Source: an uncultured Bacillota bacterium (GTDB lineage Bacteria; Sysuimicrobiota; Sysuimicrobiia; Sysuimicrobiales; Segetimicrobiaceae). Taken from it: a stretch of DNA of 64,000 bases. Made by a program: the position numbers and the translations under genes. The notes under the pieces are model-generated. The model was not told the origin of the DNA. It did no database searches and saw nothing but the letters and a program-made list of their open reading frames with translations. The stretch lies in NCBI GenBank assembly GCA_963804645.1, contig CAWDRG010000017.1, positions 640,001-704,000 on the forward strand, read 5' to 3'. Numbering within the stretch: the stretch's first letter is position 1; each line of letters opens with the position of its first letter. This document shows positions 28,872-38,233 of the stretch, piece after piece.

Positions 28872-29285
28872 CTAGCGTCCTCGCTCGGCTTCGCGGAGCA
28901 CGTTGAGCGCGGCCTGCGATTCACCGGCGACCGTCGACCAGTCTGCTCCGTCGGCGATGTCGTGATTGGAGTGTTGCGACACCTCATAGATCAGCGCAAG
29001 CGCCGACTTCACGCGGGCGAGTTCTTCCGCCGCGAGCCGCACCGCCGCCGCCGCGACGACTGCGGTCGACATCGCAGGGCCCGTCGACGTCTCGGAGACC
29101 GCCCGCAGGGCGTCGCGATACGCGCGCCGCATCGCCATGTCGACCTCCACGCGGGAACGGACCCGCGCCGCGCCGCGGCGAGGCGCCGCGGCCTTCCGGG
29201 CGGCGATGATCCGCGCGCTGCACCGCTCGATCCGCTTCTCCAGATACAGTTGCACCGACTCCACGCCGCTCAATCCACGCTCCAT
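28872..29285 (-). CDS. Hypothetical helical protein (137 aa)
   Basis: Strong GGAGGTGA RBS 4 nt before the ATG; Ala/Arg/Glu-rich; no family recognised. Confidence 0.55.
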   Translation of the reverse strand: MERGLSGVESVQLYLEKRIERCSARIIAARKAAAPRRGAARVRSRVEVDMAMRRAYRDALRAVSETSTGPAMSTAVVAAAAVRLAAEELARVKSALALIYEVSQHSNHDIADGADWSTVAGESQAALNVLREAERGR

Positions 29286-29528
29286 CGGTCACCTCCCTAG
29301 GCTCAATCGCCTGCCGTGACCGCGGGCCCCGCCTGCGTTGGCGCGGACACGCGCGGTCAGGCCCTCGTGCCACGTGCTCCCGCGGTCCAGGGCGTCCGCA
29401 TCGCGGCACCATCATCCGGCGTCGCCCGCCTCCCCGGCCGAGGGGGTGCTGGTGGATACGCGGCCCGCGCGGCGAGCTCCTGGTCGCGCGGCGAAGGCAG
29501 TCCTTCACCGCGCACGTGATCCCCGCGA

Positions 29529-30512
29529 TCAGCCCGCAAGATGAAGCCGAGGCTGGACCTCGTCGAGGAACCGCCGGATTTGGACGGGACCGTCCCACGC
29601 CGCAAACCGCAGGATCGGCACCCGGCAGCCCGCGTCGACGTAGGCCTGAATGCGGTCCGCGACGGCTTCGGCCGGGCCGGCCGCCAGCCACACGCGGAGA
29701 AACGTCTCGTCGATGGGCCCGTAGTACTCGGTCAGAAACCGCACCCCATCGTCCCACGCCCGGCGCGCATTCTCGTTCACGTTGATCATCATGTGATAGG
29801 ACGTCGGGAACGCACGCGGGTCCCGACCGGCGTCGACCAGACACCGGGACAGGAGCGCCCACCTGGCCGCGAACTCCGCCGGCGTGGGACCCCCGTCGGT
29901 CATCCAGCCGTCGGCGAGCGCGGCGACCCGCGCGCACTGCCGCAGCGCGAGATCGGGCCGTCCGAGATTCGGGTCGTTCGCGATCCAGATCGGCATCGGC
30001 TGCTGCACCGGCCGCGGTTCCAGCACCAGGTCCTCGAATTGGTAGTACGTCCCCCGGTGCGAGACCGGCGCAGCGTTCCACAGTTTCCGGACAATGTCGA
30101 TTCCCTCTTCGAACCGCGCGACTCGCTCGGCCGGCCGGAACGCCATCGCGCGCACCTCGCTGGCCGCCGCCCCCATGCCCATCCCGCCGCTCGCGCCCAT
30201 GCACGCGCAGAACAAGGCGCGCCCCGCGCTGATCACGTCCAGACTCGCCCACTGGACCGCGAACACGATCGGGTGGCGGTAGACAAAACTGGCCATGCAG
30301 GCGGTCCCGAGCTTGACGTGCCGTGTCCTCGCCGCAATGGCGGAGAGGAGCGCGACCGCCTCCAGGCGCGGCTTGGCAAGCAGGCTGTCTCCGACCCACA
30401 CCGAGTCGAAGACCCCGGAGCGGTCGGCAATCTCGCTGAGCGAGAGGATTTCCTCCACGGAGATCGCGCCGAACAAGACGCCCCGATTGGGCAGGCTGAG
30501 CCCCAGTCCCAT
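29529..30512 (-). CDS. LLM-class (luciferase-like) flavin-dependent oxidoreductase
   Basis: Motifs DSVWVGDS, LSAIAART, ASLDVISAGR, PRPVQ.PMPIWI and ADGW. Confidence 0.9.
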   Translation of the reverse strand: MGLGLSLPNRGVLFGAISVEEILSLSEIADRSGVFDSVWVGDSLLAKPRLEAVALLSAIAARTRHVKLGTACMASFVYRHPIVFAVQWASLDVISAGRALFCACMGASGGMGMGAAASEVRAMAFRPAERVARFEEGIDIVRKLWNAAPVSHRGTYYQFEDLVLEPRPVQQPMPIWIANDPNLGRPDLALRQCARVAALADGWMTDGGPTPAEFAARWALLSRCLVDAGRDPRAFPTSYHMMINVNENARRAWDDGVRFLTEYYGPIDETFLRVWLAAGPAEAVADRIQAYVDAGCRVPILRFAAWDGPVQIRRFLDEVQPRLHLAG

Positions 30513-30796
30513 GGAATCCCTCTCATCTCGGCGGTGTCGACCCCTGCGGTGCGCGACCGTGGACCGCCCGCTGCGACTCGGCGATCGCTCCGGGCGCGGT
30601 GCTAGCTTCTGTAGGCTCCGCTCGCTTCCTGTCGCGGCGCGGGCTCCGGCGGAGTATCCAGCGCGCCCCGTGCTCGCCGTGCCGCGCCAACAGGGTCCCC
30701 TCCTCGCCTCAGAGAAGCGTCTCCCGGCGCTCGCAGTGATCGGAGTGCGGTGCGGCGGGCGCATCCGGCCCGCCCCGTAACCCTCAGGAGGCGCGC

Positions 30797-32014
30797 ATGC
30801 GCACGGACCTGTGTGCCGTCGTCGAGCGGCTGCACGATCGCGGCTATGCCGCGGACACCCTGGTGACGCTCGCGCGCACACCGACCGACGTGCCGCTCGG
30901 CGAGAACGAGATCGAGCCGACCGACCCAAAGATCACCCACTACGTCCACGACGTCGTCCGGCCGCTGCTCGACGCCTTGGGCGTCGACGACCTCATCGTG
31001 GACGAACTTAACAACGTGGTCTGCCGCGTCGGACGCGGCGTCTCGTCTCGGAGCCTCCTGCTGATGACGTACACGACGGCCCAGCATGGGAACTACACGA
31101 ACCCGGAGCTGGAGGGGCAGACCGTGCAGGGAGGGCCGTACGGGTTCGACGGCGACTGCGTCGTCGGCCGAGGCACCAGCCAGAATAAGGGCGCGCTCGC
31201 CGCCGCTCTCGCTGCGCTCCGGATCGTCCGGGCCGCGGCCCCGGATCTTGCGGGCACGCTGGTCTTCGCGCTGAACGCCGAGGGGCAGTCGTCGCACCGC
31301 TGCTCGCGCCGCATCCTCGACGGCCACGGCATCCACGCCGACATGGGCCTGCTGGCCATCGGGACGGAACAGATCGTCATCGGGCACCGCGGGCGGGTCG
31401 ACGTGGAGGTGACGATTCGCGGCGAGCCGGGGCACAGCAGCGAGCCCGAGCGCGCGACGAACGCGATCTGGGGTCTCAAGGAGACGCTCGTGCGTCTCGA
31501 CGCGCTGAAGCAGCGCCTCACGGGACGCCATCCGGTCCTCGGCGGAGAACAGCTGGAACCCTACAAACTCGTGACCCGGCCGATCGCGCCCCACACCATC
31601 CCGGGAGAGGCCGCGCTGACGCTCGATCGGCGGCTGCTGCCGGGCACCGATCCGGACGAGGCGACCGCGCAGGTCCGCCGGGCCCTGGGAGACATCCCGC
31701 CCTGCACCCTCGAGGTGCGGACGGGCGTCTATCACCTCCCCTACCTGGTGTCGCCCGATCTCCCGCACGTCCGGTCGTTGGCGTCCGCGCACGAGCGGAT
31801 CCGAGGTCGCGCCCCCGAGGTCGGGTGCGTGCCCTATGCGTTCGACGCCGGGTACGCCAACGCCAGCGGGATCCCCACGGTCATGTTCGGACCGGCGGCG
31901 ACGCCTCCCCCGACGGACGGACGGCGGCTGCTCGGGACGGAGATGATCCCCGTCGGGGCCGTGCACGACTTTGCGAAGATCTACGCGTGCGCGATCCTGG
32001 ATCTGCTCGGATGA
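30797..32014 (+). CDS. M20/ArgE-DapE-fold protein lacking canonical metal ligands
   Basis: AGGAGG RBS. Fold markers GRG..xKG, GHRG, G..GHSS, NAI, DRR and GIPTVMFGP are present, but the HxD, D, EE and terminal H ligand positions are substituted. Confidence 0.8.
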   Translation: MRTDLCAVVERLHDRGYAADTLVTLARTPTDVPLGENEIEPTDPKITHYVHDVVRPLLDALGVDDLIVDELNNVVCRVGRGVSSRSLLLMTYTTAQHGNYTNPELEGQTVQGGPYGFDGDCVVGRGTSQNKGALAAALAALRIVRAAAPDLAGTLVFALNAEGQSSHRCSRRILDGHGIHADMGLLAIGTEQIVIGHRGRVDVEVTIRGEPGHSSEPERATNAIWGLKETLVRLDALKQRLTGRHPVLGGEQLEPYKLVTRPIAPHTIPGEAALTLDRRLLPGTDPDEATAQVRRALGDIPPCTLEVRTGVYHLPYLVSPDLPHVRSLASAHERIRGRAPEVGCVPYAFDAGYANASGIPTVMFGPAATPPPTDGRRLLGTEMIPVGAVHDFAKIYACAILDLLG

Positions 32015-32116
32015 CCGCGCGGCCCCGCGCCCACGAGCGGGCGGCCTGGTTTGACAGCGCGGGCGCTGCGTCGGCATACTAACCACTGGATCGACTCCCC
32101 GGGAGGGCAGACCCTC

Positions 32117-32890
32117 ATGGCCGCATTCGTTCTCACCGCACGCCGAGGCGTAGTCGCGATCATCACGCTCAATCGCCCGGACGTCCTCAATGCCTGGCAC
32201 GCGCCGATGCGCCGTGAGCTGGTCGACGCGCTCGCCGCGTGCGACGCGGATCCTGGAGTGCGGGCCATCGTGCTCACCGGCGCCGGCGACCGGGCGTTCA
32301 GCGCCGGACAGGACCTCAACGAAGCCAAGGAGTTCGACCCCGATCGGGCGGAGGAATGGATCCGCGAGTGGGAGCGGCTGTACGACCAGATCCGACGCCT
32401 GTCGAAGCCGGTGGTCGCGGCGCTCAACGGGGTCGCGGCCGGCTCCGCGTTCCAGGTGGCGCTGCTGTGCGACTTTCGGATCGGCCACCGAGGCGTGCGG
32501 ATGGGCCAGCCCGAGATCAACGCCGGCATCGCGAGCACCACCGGGCCCTGGATCATGCGGGAGATGCTGGGGCTGGCGCGCACCATCGATCTGACGCTGA
32601 CGGGCCGCCTCATGGACGCCGCCGAATGCCTCGCGGTCGGGGTGATCAACCGGGTCGTGGAGCCGGACCAGGTGCTGCCGGCGGCGCTTGCGCTCGCCGA
32701 TGAGCTCGCGGCGAAGCCGCCGGTGGCGATGCGTCTCGACCGGCAGCGATTCCGTGAAATGACGCAAGAGGGATTCCGCGACTGCCTCGAGGCCGGCATC
32801 CGCATCCAGCGGGAGGCCTTCGCCTCGCACGAACCGGCCGAGATGATGGAGCGGTTTCTCGCACAGCGTGCGGGGGGCAAGCGGGCGTAG
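32117..32890 (+). CDS. Enoyl-CoA hydratase/isomerase (crotonase) family protein
   Basis: GGAGG RBS. Motifs LNRPDVLNA, AFSAGQDL, KPVVAALNG, QPEINAG and LTGR. Confidence 0.93.
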   Translation: MAAFVLTARRGVVAIITLNRPDVLNAWHAPMRRELVDALAACDADPGVRAIVLTGAGDRAFSAGQDLNEAKEFDPDRAEEWIREWERLYDQIRRLSKPVVAALNGVAAGSAFQVALLCDFRIGHRGVRMGQPEINAGIASTTGPWIMREMLGLARTIDLTLTGRLMDAAECLAVGVINRVVEPDQVLPAALALADELAAKPPVAMRLDRQRFREMTQEGFRDCLEAGIRIQREAFASHEPAEMMERFLAQRAGGKRA

Positions 32891-32972
32891 AGGCGTCGCG
32901 GCGCCGGCGCCCCGCGGACCGCGTGACCCCTCGGGGCGCCCGTCCGAGACCCATCCCGCACCCCGCGCGACG

Positions 32973-34511
32973 ATGACGTACGACAGCAGCTTCGTCGACC
33001 TGCTCGGGCGCACCGCCCGCGCCGACCCGGACCGCGTGTTCGCGCGGTTCGACGGCGCGCCGATGACGGTCGGAGCCCTCCACCGACGGTCCGACGCGCT
33101 CGCGTCCAGCCTGCGGCGCCTCGGCGTCGAGACGGGCGCGCGCGTGGCCGTGATGCTGCGGAACAGTCCGGCCGCGCTGACCACGCTGTTCGCGCTCGGC
33201 AAAGCGGGGGTCGTGTGGGTGCCGGTCAACGCGCGCCTCCGCGGTGACGGGCTGCGCTTCATCCTGACACACGCAGAGCCGCGCCTCGCCATCGCGGACG
33301 CGGATCTCGTGCCCGCGATCCGCGAGTGCGGCGCCGTCCCGGAGTCGTCCCTGCTGGTGCTCGGCGGCGCGCCCGGCGCCGCGCGGCTGGACCCGCTGCT
33401 CGACGGCGGCGCGTCGTTCGACGAGCCGCCGCCCGACGGCCGGGCCGCGTTCGCGATCAGCTATACGTCCGGCACCACCGGCGCACCGAAGGGCGTCGTC
33501 GTCACGCACGAGATGCTGCGCCTCGCCGGCGAGGCCGCCGCACTCGTGTCCGCGGCGCGCGACGGGGATGTGCTGCTGGTCTGGGAGCCCCTCTACCACA
33601 TCGGCGGCTCGCAGCTCATCGTCCTCCCGCTCATCAAGCGGGTGACGCTCGCGATGGTGGAGCGCTTCAGCGCGAGCCGGTTCTGGCACCAGGCGCGCGC
33701 CTACGGCGCCACGCACGTGCACTATCTCGGCGGGGTGCTGCAGGTGCTGCTGAAGCAGCCGCCGAGCCCGCTCGACCGCTCGCACGGCGTGCGCGTCGCC
33801 TGGGGCGGCGGCTGTCCGCCCGACGTGTGGCGGGCGTGCCTCGACCGGTTCGGCGTGGAGATTCACGAGTGCTACGGCATGACGGAAGCCTCCAGCATCA
33901 CCACCTACAACGACACGGGCACGATCGGGGCCGTCGGCCGGCCGGTGCCGTGGTTTACGGTCGAGGTGCGTGATCCGCACGGACGTCCGGTCGAACCCGG
34001 CGAACGCGGTGAGATCACGGTGCGCGCGAACCGGCCGGGGGCGCTGTTCCCCGGGTACTTCCGAGACCCCGAGGCCACAACGCGGGCGCTGCGCGGCGGC
34101 GAGCTGCACACGGGCGATGTCGGCTCGTTCGACCGCGAGGGCAATCTGCGCTTTCACGGTCGGATGACCGACAGCGTGCGGTGCCGGGGCGAAAATGTGT
34201 CGGCGTGGGAAGTCGAACATGTCGCGGGCGTACACCCGGCCGTGGAAGACTGCGCGATGATCGGGGTGGCCGCGGAGATCGGCGAGCAGGAGATCAAGCT
34301 GTTCGTGAAGCTCAGGCCCGGCGCCCACCTGGGCCCCGCGGAACTCTCGGCGTGGCTCGGCGAACGGCTGGCGTCGTATCAGGACCCGCGGTACATCGCG
34401 ATCGTCGACGAGTTCGAGCGCACCCCGAGCCACCGCATCATGAAGCACCGGCTCTCCCGGGACACGGCCGGCTGCTGGGACCGCGACGCGCAGGCGCCGA
34501 AGCCGCGGTAG
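32973..34511 (+). CDS. Acyl-CoA ligase (CaiC/crotonobetaine-CoA ligase-like)
   Basis: AMP-binding motifs YTSGTTGAPKG, RFSASRFW, YGMTE, HTGD, RCRGENVS and RTPSHRIMK. Confidence 0.9.
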   Translation: MTYDSSFVDLLGRTARADPDRVFARFDGAPMTVGALHRRSDALASSLRRLGVETGARVAVMLRNSPAALTTLFALGKAGVVWVPVNARLRGDGLRFILTHAEPRLAIADADLVPAIRECGAVPESSLLVLGGAPGAARLDPLLDGGASFDEPPPDGRAAFAISYTSGTTGAPKGVVVTHEMLRLAGEAAALVSAARDGDVLLVWEPLYHIGGSQLIVLPLIKRVTLAMVERFSASRFWHQARAYGATHVHYLGGVLQVLLKQPPSPLDRSHGVRVAWGGGCPPDVWRACLDRFGVEIHECYGMTEASSITTYNDTGTIGAVGRPVPWFTVEVRDPHGRPVEPGERGEITVRANRPGALFPGYFRDPEATTRALRGGELHTGDVGSFDREGNLRFHGRMTDSVRCRGENVSAWEVEHVAGVHPAVEDCAMIGVAAEIGEQEIKLFVKLRPGAHLGPAELSAWLGERLASYQDPRYIAIVDEFERTPSHRIMKHRLSRDTAGCWDRDAQAPKPR

Positions 34512-34559
34512 CCGCGCGGGTCCTCGGGACACCACCGGTCCGCCGCGACCTCGCGGACC

Positions 34560-35858
34560 CTACACGCCGATCCCGTCCTCGACGAACCGACGCCGCCGCG
34601 TCTCACCCGCGACGGGGCGCAGCGCCCCCACCGTGCACAGCCGCTCGTAGTCGTCCGGTGCCTCACCGGCGAGGTGGCACGCCAGCAGGTACCCGTGGTA
34701 GTGGCACGCCATAACGCCGCTGCCGTTGTACCCGACGCTCGCATAGATGCGGCCGGGCTCGATCGGACCGAACAGCGGGCGGCTCCCGTCGGTGTGCGCG
34801 GTCACGCAGTGCCAGCGCCCCTCGAGCGCCATCCCGGGCACCCACGGGTAGCGGGCCACGTACGCGGCGACCGTCCCCGCATACGCGGACTCGAGGTCGG
34901 GCCAGCGCCAGGGGTCCCCGGATCCGTAGCCGAGCGTTTCCCGCATGGTCACGCGGCGATCCCGGGTCAGGCGCATCGTGTGCGTCCGAACGCCCACCTC
35001 GAGGCGCGCCGGGTACGCCGCGAGCCCGTAGGCGGCGACCTCCTGATCGGTCAGCGGGCGCGTCACGACCACGGCGTGGTGGACCGGCACCAGGCACGCC
35101 GCCGCGTCTCCGAGGAGCGACCCGTACGCGTTGGTCGCCAGCACCACGCGATCCGCCGTGATCGCGCCGGCGGGGCACGCAATCCGCGCCGGGCGCGCGG
35201 CCGACATGCCGAGCGCCGGCGTGTCTTCGTACAGCAGCACGCCGGCCCGCGCCGCGGCGCCGACCAAGCCGCTGACGAGTTTGCCCGGATGCAAACGGTA
35301 GCGGTCGGCGAGCGCGATCCCGCCGGCGTAAAACCGCGTCCCGACCGCCTCGAGCGCGGCCGCGTCGAGCCACCGCGCGGGCACGCCGAGTGCGTCCCAT
35401 GCCGTCGCTTCGTCCCGGAGCGCGGCCACGTCCGGCGCCGCGGCGAGCAGGAGGGTCGTCGCCGGCTGCACCTCGCAGTCGATGCCCTCCTCGTCGAGAA
35501 ACGCGAGCAGGCGCGCGTGGCCGCGCCGTCCGATCGCCTTGAACGTCTCGGAGCCGGCCGGGTCGCCGGCGAGCCGGCGCCGCCAGCCGGTATAGTACGC
35601 CCCGAACAACCCGGAGTTGCGCGAGCTCGCCCCGGAGCCGAGCCGGTGCGCCTCCACGACGGCAACCCGCAGGGACGGCGCGAGGCGGCGCAGGTAATAG
35701 CCGCACGCGAGCCCGGTAAAGCCGCCGCCGACGATCGCCACGTCCACGCGGATCTCGGCATCGAGCGCCGGATAGCGCGGCCACCGCGGCGCGTCCGCGG
35801 TCCAGAAGCTCTCCGGCGCCGAAGTCTCCTGCCTGGACGCGCGCGGGTCAGCGCTCAT
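34560..35858 (-). CDS. FAD-dependent amine oxidoreductase (DAO family, PuuB-like)
   Basis: Motifs DVAIVGGGFTG, GASSRNSG, LHPGK, LATNAY and GYNGSG. ATG is coupled to the upstream TGA. Confidence 0.88.
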   Translation of the reverse strand: MSADPRASRQETSAPESFWTADAPRWPRYPALDAEIRVDVAIVGGGFTGLACGYYLRRLAPSLRVAVVEAHRLGSGASSRNSGLFGAYYTGWRRRLAGDPAGSETFKAIGRRGHARLLAFLDEEGIDCEVQPATTLLLAAAPDVAALRDEATAWDALGVPARWLDAAALEAVGTRFYAGGIALADRYRLHPGKLVSGLVGAAARAGVLLYEDTPALGMSAARPARIACPAGAITADRVVLATNAYGSLLGDAAACLVPVHHAVVVTRPLTDQEVAAYGLAAYPARLEVGVRTHTMRLTRDRRVTMRETLGYGSGDPWRWPDLESAYAGTVAAYVARYPWVPGMALEGRWHCVTAHTDGSRPLFGPIEPGRIYASVGYNGSGVMACHYHGYLLACHLAGEAPDDYERLCTVGALRPVAGETRRRRFVEDGIGV

Positions 35859-38233
35859 GGCCGGGGGTGGGACGCGTCGTGTTGGACCGAGGCGCTCCAC
35901 GCGGCCCGCACCTGTCCGGGCGTCATGGGGAGCGAGGTCAGCCGCACCCCGACGGCGTCGCGGATGGCGTTCGCGATCGCCCCCGCGCCCGGCACGACCG
36001 GCGGCTCACCCACGACACGCGCGCCGTACACGCCGTGGGCCAGCGGCACCTCCACGAGCTGCACTTCGATCGGCGGCACCGACCACGCGCGCGGAAGCGC
36101 ATAGTCCATGAGCGTGGCCGTCTGCAGGGTACCCTGGTCGTCGTACACCATCGCCTCGTACAGCGCCCAGCCGATCCCCTGGGCGACGCCGCCGTGCACC
36201 TGCCCCCGCACGGCCGGCGGGTTTATCGCGCATCCGACGTCGTGGACGGCGACGTACCGCTCCACCGTCACTAACCCGGTCTCGGGATCCACGCGCACCT
36301 CGGCGAGGTGCGCCGCGGCCGCCGCGGCGCGCTCCCGCGCCGCCACGACGCCGCGCCCGAAGATCGGCGCGTGGCGGCCGTTGTACTGCATCGTGAGCTT
36401 CGCGATCTCGGCGACGGACGTGCGGGTCCCCGGCACCCCGCGGACCGACACCCACCCGTCCGACAGCACGAGATCCTCGACCCCGACCTCGAGCGTCTCG
36501 GCGGCGATGCGGAGGCACTGTGCCCGCGCGTCGACCGCGGCCTGCTGCACCGCGAGCCCCATGGTGTACGTCGTCTTGCTCCCCGCCGACAGGCCCGCGT
36601 ACGGCGCGTGCGCCGTATCGGCCTCCTGAATCTGCACCATCTCCGCCGGCACGCCGAACGTCTCGGCCGCGATCAACGCGAGGCTGGTGTGCGCCCCCGT
36701 GATGTCCACGGACCCAACGATCACGTTCACGGTGCCGTCCTCATCCACGCGGCAGAGCGCGGCGGCCGGCTCCAAGCCGCCCCGCCACGGTGTCACCGCG
36801 ATCCCCGTGCCCCGGTTCGGCTCGCGGTGCCGGTCGCGCCACGCGGGGTGGTCCCGCAGGCGTTCGAGGCAGGTCCGCAGCCCGAGCGGCGGCCACGGCG
36901 CCCCGTCGTGCATCGCGTCGCCGTCGCCGATGAGATTCCGCAGGCGGAACTCCACGGGGTCGATCTCCAGCGCCGCGGCCAGATCGTCGATCTGCGACTC
37001 GACGGCGAACACCGCCGGCGTGGCCCCGGGCGCCCGGTACGAGCCGGCGGGCGCCTTGTGGGTCAGGACCTCGCACCCCTCGATGTCGAGATGCGGAATC
37101 CGATACGGCGCGCCGAGGGCGAGGCAGGCGAGCACCACCGGACTGCCGCGGAACGCTCCGGAATCGAAGGTCACGCGCGCTTCCAGCGCGGTGAGCCGTC
37201 CGTCCTTGCGCGCCGCCATCTTCACGCGGAAGATCGCGGGCGGCGCCGGGGTCGCGGTCTGAAACTCTTCCATACGGGTCAGCACGAGCGACACCGGACG
37301 GCGGAGCAGCACCGCGGCCGCGGCCACGAGCGGTTCGAGCAGCGCGAACTTGCCCCCGAACGCGCCGCCGACGGTCATCGGGACGACGCGCACGCGCCGC
37401 TCCGGCATCCGGAGGGCGCGCGCGACTTCGCTGCGGACGAAGAACTGCCCCTGGGTCGCGGTCCACACCGTCACATCGCCCGTCAGCGGATCGCACGCGG
37501 CGGCGGCGGCTCGCGGTTCGAGATATCCCTGGTGGACCATCGGGCTGCGGTACTCGCGCTCCACGCAGGCGTCGCCGTCCGCGAAACCCCTCGTGGGGTC
37601 CCCCCGGCGGTAGCGCACGGTCGTCCCGACGTTGCGGGCGGTCTCCGCCGACGCTCCGCCGGCGCCCGACGCATCGCCGCCGTGGGCGCCGGCCTCATCT
37701 CGCTGCCCCGACGTCCCCTCCGGCCACACCGGCGGCGCATCGGGACGCATCGCCTCGAGCGGATCCAGCAGCGGCACGAGCGGCTCGTACTCGACCCGCA
37801 CCAGCGCCGCCGCGTCCTGCGCGACGGCTTCATCCGGGGCCAGCACGAGCGCGACCGGCTGACCCGGAAATACGACGTGCCCCTGCGCTAGCAGCGCCTG
37901 GCTGCGCGACGTCGGCACACGCTCCATTGTCGGAAAATGCGCCGCCGTCAGCACGGTCACGCCGGCGAGCTGCTCCGCCTCGCTCGCGTCGATCCCGAGG
38001 ATGCGCGCGTGCGCGTACGGGCTCACGATCAGCCGCCCCCGCAGCATGTTGGGCAGCGTGAGATCGGCCGCATATGTCGCGCGCCCGGTGACCTTCTCGA
38101 GCCCGCCGCGCACGCGCGTCGGGGTGCCGACCGCGGCGAACCTCCCGCCCGCGGCGTCGGACCCGCGGCCGCCACGCGCCGTACGATCCACCGCCACACC
38201 GTCGCCGGCTGCGCGCCGGCCGTCGGCCGTCAC
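35855..38233 (-). CDS. Xanthine dehydrogenase-family molybdopterin-binding large subunit
   Basis: Motifs KVTGRATY, HQGYLEP, GGAFGGK, SYRAPG, GQVHGGVAQG and VVGEPP. Start is uncertain; GTG 38233 overlaps the upstream TGA. Confidence 0.9.
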   Translation of the reverse strand: MTADGRRAAGDGVAVDRTARGGRGSDAAGGRFAAVGTPTRVRGGLEKVTGRATYAADLTLPNMLRGRLIVSPYAHARILGIDASEAEQLAGVTVLTAAHFPTMERVPTSRSQALLAQGHVVFPGQPVALVLAPDEAVAQDAAALVRVEYEPLVPLLDPLEAMRPDAPPVWPEGTSGQRDEAGAHGGDASGAGGASAETARNVGTTVRYRRGDPTRGFADGDACVEREYRSPMVHQGYLEPRAAAAACDPLTGDVTVWTATQGQFFVRSEVARALRMPERRVRVVPMTVGGAFGGKFALLEPLVAAAAVLLRRPVSLVLTRMEEFQTATPAPPAIFRVKMAARKDGRLTALEARVTFDSGAFRGSPVVLACLALGAPYRIPHLDIEGCEVLTHKAPAGSYRAPGATPAVFAVESQIDDLAAALEIDPVEFRLRNLIGDGDAMHDGAPWPPLGLRTCLERLRDHPAWRDRHREPNRGTGIAVTPWRGGLEPAAALCRVDEDGTVNVIVGSVDITGAHTSLALIAAETFGVPAEMVQIQEADTAHAPYAGLSAGSKTTYTMGLAVQQAAVDARAQCLRIAAETLEVGVEDLVLSDGWVSVRGVPGTRTSVAEIAKLTMQYNGRHAPIFGRGVVAARERAAAAAAHLAEVRVDPETGLVTVERYVAVHDVGCAINPPAVRGQVHGGVAQGIGWALYEAMVYDDQGTLQTATLMDYALPRAWSVPPIEVQLVEVPLAHGVYGARVVGEPPVVPGAGAIANAIRDAVGVRLTSLPMTPGQVRAAWSASVQHDASHPRP

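Noticed and set aside
25173..30512. Evidence of F420 metabolism from the F420_oxidored and LLM genes
   Set aside because: Both families include many F420-independent members, and no F420 biosynthesis genes are in the window.
35855..38233. Aerobic CO dehydrogenase CoxL
   Set aside because: The active-site loop reads SYRAPG, not AYxCSFR (form I) or AYxGAGR (form II), and there are no coxM, coxS or accessory genes.
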